From: Bugula neritina
Lineage: Eukaryota; Animalia; Bryozoa
DNA: 64,000 bases
Assembly: GCA_964035545.1 (NCBI GenBank)
Contig: OZ037765.1
Span: 28,209,504 to 28,273,503 of the forward strand
Reading direction: 5' to 3'
Under the pieces are notes generated by a model. The model was given only the letters and a program-made list of their open reading frames with translations. It had not been told where the DNA came from and did no database searches. This document shows, one piece after another, positions 58,963 to 64,000 of this stretch. Every line of letters starts with the position of its first letter. Position 1 is the stretch's first letter. The translations under genes were made by a program, and so were the position numbers.

Positions 58963-60399
58963 ATCCAAGTCCTCAGCAGGTTAAACCGACTGGTTCTAAC
59001 CTGACTGAAGGACGGAGGTTCAAGGCCAGCAACTAATCAGACACATTCAAATATTTTATTACAAGATAAAGTAAGGTACAATTCTGGGTCTTTTAAGTGA
59101 AGAGATAATCTTTTATTGGAAAAAATTTCAAATTTAGATGTCAGATAAATAAAATAAACAGCAATTAAACAACCCAAAGCCTATCGTATTGTTTATTAAG
59201 TGAACAACAAACATTGTGCAAAGTTTCACAACTAGTTTTTAAATAAGTTGCAACTAAAATTTTTTAGTTTTCAATAAAATTAATTAAACCTCTACCACAA
59301 TATTAGTCATTTCTTTTTTAAAAGTTAATCGTAAGCATTTATTTAAGATATTTTAGTTTGAAAATAGTTTGAAACAATTTATTTCTGTTAATTAAAATAT
59401 AAAACTAGTATTGTTTTTTTGTTTATAACTTCTAAAATTATAGGACTTAATATTTATATTGTTATTCACATTAACCGTATCACAAAATAACAGTTACATA
59501 AGCATGGATACTCATCTAAGCCTTTGTTAGATTTATTAAAATAAACTTACTATAATATTAACAATTTTCACTAAAATAATTTAAAATTTCGATTTATGAC
59601 ATTATAGCCTCATTCAAAAAACTAAATAGCTATAAAATCAGCAACTTTTTATGAAAATTATGTACCATGTGCTAGATTCTCATCAAAGCCCATTGTTAGG
59701 GAGGTAGGATAAAATGATGTATATTGTACTTTACATTAAAAACAATAAACAATTATGAAAATATCATATATTGAATACTGCTTTCCTATTTATGAACCAT
59801 AAATATCTTTTTATGCATACTGGAGCAACCAGAACACAACACAAAAAATTAAATTATTTTTCAATTTGATTTTCAACATTGATATAAACTAAACACATCA
59901 CAACAAATTTTGTCCGCAGTACCAGTTCACAATAAAATTGCATTCTTGAAAAATATACAAGTAAATGCAATACAGTGAATTATACATAAAAAATAATTCA
60001 TTAGCCCAGATCCAAGGAGAAATACTACTGGTTATCACAATGACAAGTTATTTATATCTTCTGAAGACTGGATCATCAGAGATGGTTGAATTAGATAGAT
60101 TCCAACTTTCATCCATTCTAATTTTGAGTTTATAATAGCCACATTACATAATATTTAGCTAAAATAAGTCCACATTGATGTGTGATTTTAAATGATTACA
60201 TGAGCGTTTATTAAAAAATCATAACAGTAAACATGCGTTTCATAGTAATTCAGACTCTTACAATCATAGTGTTGGCCAATAATAATACATTAATAGCATT
60301 AAATCTACGGTAATAGTCATACTTGGTCCTTAGAAATATATCAACTTATAGTTCTACGAAAAACCTCCTCAAGGAATGGTAATATTTGATATTACTTTT

Positions 60400-61230
60400 T
60401 CATTCAAGATCAAATATTAAATGAAGTTCTGCAGAAATCCATACTGAGCCCTAGACTTTTCCTCATATGTATTAATGATTTACCTAATGCGATAGACTGT
60501 AAGATGAGCCTTTACACTGATGATACTTTAATTCATCAACACTTAAGCCTTAAAAATGATGCTGGGAAACTCCCACCAACTATTGTCATCCTAAACAAAT
60601 AATTTATTGAATGGAAGATGCCTTTCAATACGTCTGAAGACTAACAGTCCCAGCCAGTCTACAAACTTGATCTCACAAAACTAATATGGGTAAATGTAAC
60701 ATAATACTAAAGAGCTAGTACGCAAGCCAACCTGCAAATTGATAGACATGTCATAAAAGAACAGAAAAAGCAAATTGTTAGGGACAATCTAACACATATT
60801 TCTAGATACGCTAAATAATGAAAAATAAAAGACTACTAAAATACATTCTTAAATATGCTGCTAGCATGGGACTTTGTTAACCAGAAACAGGTTGAAGAAT
60901 TTCAGCAAATACAGAATTATGAATTTAACTTTGTTGGAGGACTTTGCGGACAAGACAGTTCCAATGAAGCCAAGGTCCGAGTACAATTACAGGCTCTCAA
61001 AGAATATAGCAAGAACCATAGATTAGGAATTTTATTAATAATTCTTTAGCACAAAAACCATCATAATGACCTGGCCTCACACTATGATGAGCTCATGTAT
61101 GACTACACTCATAGCACTAGGACCACCCAGTGAGCTGCCAGGGAAGAACTTGTCCTTATAACTGCCTAATTCCAGATCTACCACAGTAGGTTCTTGTCAA
61201 AAACTATTAGAAAAATCAGATGAAACAAAG
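60400..61230 (+). mobile_element. LINE (CR1/Jockey-like) RT relic
   Basis: PRLFLICINDLPNAIDCKMSLYTDDTLI (cf. GPLLFLIYINDLP...LYADD), W.MPFN; degenerate downstream thumb region. Confidence 0.75.
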
Positions 61231-61469
61231 TGAAAGTAAACCCATAAATATTGATATTCATATTGGTATACGACTCTCAAACTGAAATACAACCCAGTAA
61301 AGTATTTAGGTCTGCCATTATAATTGTCATTATAACTACATCGTCACTTATCCTTAGGAGCATGCAATTGAACTCCTAGTTTAAAAAACAGAAATTTTCT
61401 GACAACCCTGCTATTACTGACTAACTGATTATTGTGAATCATTGCGATTTTCATTTTGTGAAGCAATGC

Positions 61470-62060
61470 CATAGAGCTGAAACTAATGACTAATCAATAT
61501 CATAATGGTAATGAATATGATGGTCATTATCATAATGATTAATGACCAAATTCAATGTGAGTGAATCAATATAATACATTGTCAACATTATCATTATGAT
61601 TTAATTTTATCATCATGATCATGAAGTCATCGACTTCGAGGTTGACATCATTATGATTATGATTATGATTTATCATTATAAATATAATTAGCCACTAATC
61701 ATTAGGTTTAGCTGCAAGACTAAAACTAAGAGTAAGAGTAACTGTAAGTGTAAGAGTTAGACCTACATTTGGAGTTAGAGTAAGACTCAGACTGAGACAT
61801 TGACAAGACTAACACCAACAGTTTGAGTTACAGTATCATTATGAGTATGAATAACTTATGGTTGTGAGTGCAACTCTTACGACTTACTGTTTTAGTTACA
61901 CTAACACTTACAGTTTGAGGTACACTTGGAGTTAGTCTTACTCTAATACTAATAGTAATAGTTATACTTATAGTAATTCTCTCAATAATATTAATTCTGA
62001 TTCTCTAACAGTAACACTTACACTAACTCCAAGACTAAGAGCAAAGCCAAAGGCAAATGT
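61470..62060. repeat. Degenerate 6-bp-periodic tract (TNA every 6 bp)
   Basis: Parses as actaag agtaag agtaac tgtaag tgtaag agttag acctac ... actcag actgag ... agttac actaac acttac. Confidence 0.8.
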
Positions 62061-62199
62061 AAGGTTTAATTAAAATCAAGCACCTCCATCTTCAACTAAT
62101 AAAAAGAATCACAACTGAACAACTTTCAATAAGTAATTTAATAGGTGTATGATGGCCATAAAAAATTATTAATATGCTAACAGTTATAGAACAGTCTCC

Positions 62200-62570
62200 A
62201 ACCTCTTACCTGAATAAACTTTCAGTTGCTTATCTTTTGTGTCTGTGGCTGGAATCGCCTTGATCAAACGTAAATACATTATAGCCTTAGTAACATGAAA
62301 GATCTTTTATAATAAATAAAAAAATAAAAATTGTATACAAATCAGTATAACGTATATTATTTCTTAGGCGCCCGAGCTAAAACTAATTGACCAAATGCGG
62401 CTTATGATTGGCTCAACATCGATTTTATGGTAATAATGTAAATGGCGGCCTTCATTAGTAACAACGGTTGCAGCTTTATCATATTTATATAGTTATACAA
62501 CGAAAAATACTCAGACTGATATGTTGATCTACGTAGTCTTATGCTTACAGAATATCACTTTAATTATTAA
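62200..62570. promoter_or_regulatory. Probable TDG promoter and first exon, likely bidirectional
   Basis: Strong minus-strand donor CAG|GTAAGA near 62209, CpG cluster, ATTGG at ~62408, YY1-like AAATGGCGGCC at ~62440. Confidence 0.55.
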
Positions 62571-62614
62571 AAATTCTAAAAAAATATATGAATGATAGAT
62601 AATAGTAGCCGGCT

Positions 62615-63450
62615 GTAGTACTAGTAGTAGTACTAATAGTAATAGTAATACTGTAATACTAATACTAATAGTAATACTGTAATACTAATACTAATACTAA
62701 TACTAATAGTAATAGTAATACTAATAGTAATAGTTATAGTAATACTAATAGTAATAGTTATAGTAATACTAATAGTAATACTTATACTTATAGTTATACA
62801 GTTATACTATAATACTAAATACTAATACTATACTAATACTAATAGTAATACTAATACTATAATATACTAGTAATAGTAATACTAATACCAAGTTGAAGTC
62901 CAATGGCAATGCCAATAGCCATAGCCCATTACCATAGACAATCGGCATAGCAATAGTAATACTAATACTAGTAATTCTACTCAGTCTCACCGTGACAGCG
63001 TCAGCATGACCGTCATCATCATATCATGATGATGATGATGACAAATATCTTCACCATGAACAATTTCAAGTGAGCACTGGACATGGTCATCATTATGATT
63101 ATGGTTATTCCTTGTTTATGTAATGATAATGATTATTTTTTAATGATTGTGATAAATCATTATGATGATGAGTATGAAGTATAAGTATTACTATTACTAT
63201 TAGTATTAGTGTAACTGTAAGTATAAGATTAAGTTAGTATAAGTTAAAATATAACTAATAAGTAATAACTATCAGTATTACTATGGCTATCATTAACATA
63301 TTCAGTGTCATTATGATAAAGTGACTCTGATCATATTTATATAATTGTAATGAAGTTATACTCAATGATATTGAGTTTGATGATATTATAATTACATTGA
63401 GTTTTATAATCACAAGTGACAAGGATAGTGACAATAATAATTATTATAAA
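62615..63450. repeat. Degenerate 6-bp-periodic tract (actaat/agtaat/agttat/acttat, tatcat/tatgat)
   Basis: Hexamer mosaic readable throughout. Confidence 0.85.
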
Positions 63451-63907
63451 TAATTATAAGAACCAGGAGGTTTATATTAATTATTTATTATTGCTGGCCT
63501 AACTTCAAACCTGTGTCTAAGCCCAATAATAATGTTGAAATAATGATTGTGTTTCGGTTTAAATAAAAATGATGCCTTAATGTTATAAATGACTTGTTTT
63601 ATTGATTTCTAGCAATGGTTATGACATGGTAAAACGGCCATATACTTCCTCACTTAAAAACAGGTTAGGTGTATACAGATTCCTGCCGCTCTTCTTCGGT
63701 TTAGGATGTGCATTGGAATTTACTATGATTAATTGGAGAGTTGGGGAAATAAATTTCTGTAAGTAAACAAGTAAAATTGTCTGTTATCTACGCATTATTC
63801 ATTGTTTCTTTTTGCAAACTATGAAGTACTTGCAATTATGTTAAATATTGTTTTTAAAATTTATAAATGTTTTTGCCAATAAAATAATTTTTTTTCATAA
63901 TTTTAGA

Positions 63908-63988
63908 CACAGTGTTCAAAAAGAAACAAGCAGAAAGAGAAGCCGCTAGGCGATTTTCAATCCGATCTCCAGAAAGTGAAAATTTGCA
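63908..63988 (+). other. Probable internal exon of an unidentified gene continuing past the window
   Basis: Polypyrimidine TTTTAG acceptor, GTATG donor, one open frame (TVFKKKQAEREAARRFSIRSPESENL); no recognisable domain. Confidence 0.3.
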
Positions 63989-64000
63989 GTATGTTATTTT

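Noticed and set aside
62802-62990. ORF rich in ISITI/LVLVL, possible membrane peptide (similarly 46221-46472)
   Set aside because: Translation artefact of the 6-bp periodic tract; surrounding frames are full of stops and there is no splice or domain support.

Overview
AT-rich, intron-containing animal (invertebrate-like) genomic DNA with compact, alternating head-to-head and tail-to-tail genes. Spliced protein-coding genes reconstructed by eye: a myristoylated neuronal calcium sensor (-), ERGIC2 (+), METTL15 (-), a ~98-aa death-domain-only gene (-), N6AMT1/HEMK2 (+), EXTL3 (-), GMPPB (+) and TDG (-), plus probably the 5' end of another gene at the right edge. Mobile DNA: a 4.8-kb defective Kolobok transposon (TTAA TSD, ~150-bp TIRs, THAP gene plus convergent KolX/P2X7-ballast-like gene), a 3.3-kb unclassified TIR element in the last EXTL3 intron, and three non-LTR retrotransposon relics. 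The most unusual signal is not a gene. Recurrent 0.2-0.9 kb tracts keep a degenerate 6-bp-periodic, self-complementary register (roughly W-S-T-N-A-S/T, i.e. TNA every 6 bp) while their actual sequence varies. They cluster beside inferred promoters and in first introns of host and transposon genes, and appear to have been written into pre-existing transposon coding sequence. TSS positions are inferred, the periodicity was judged by eye, and splice coordinates marked ~ are approximate.
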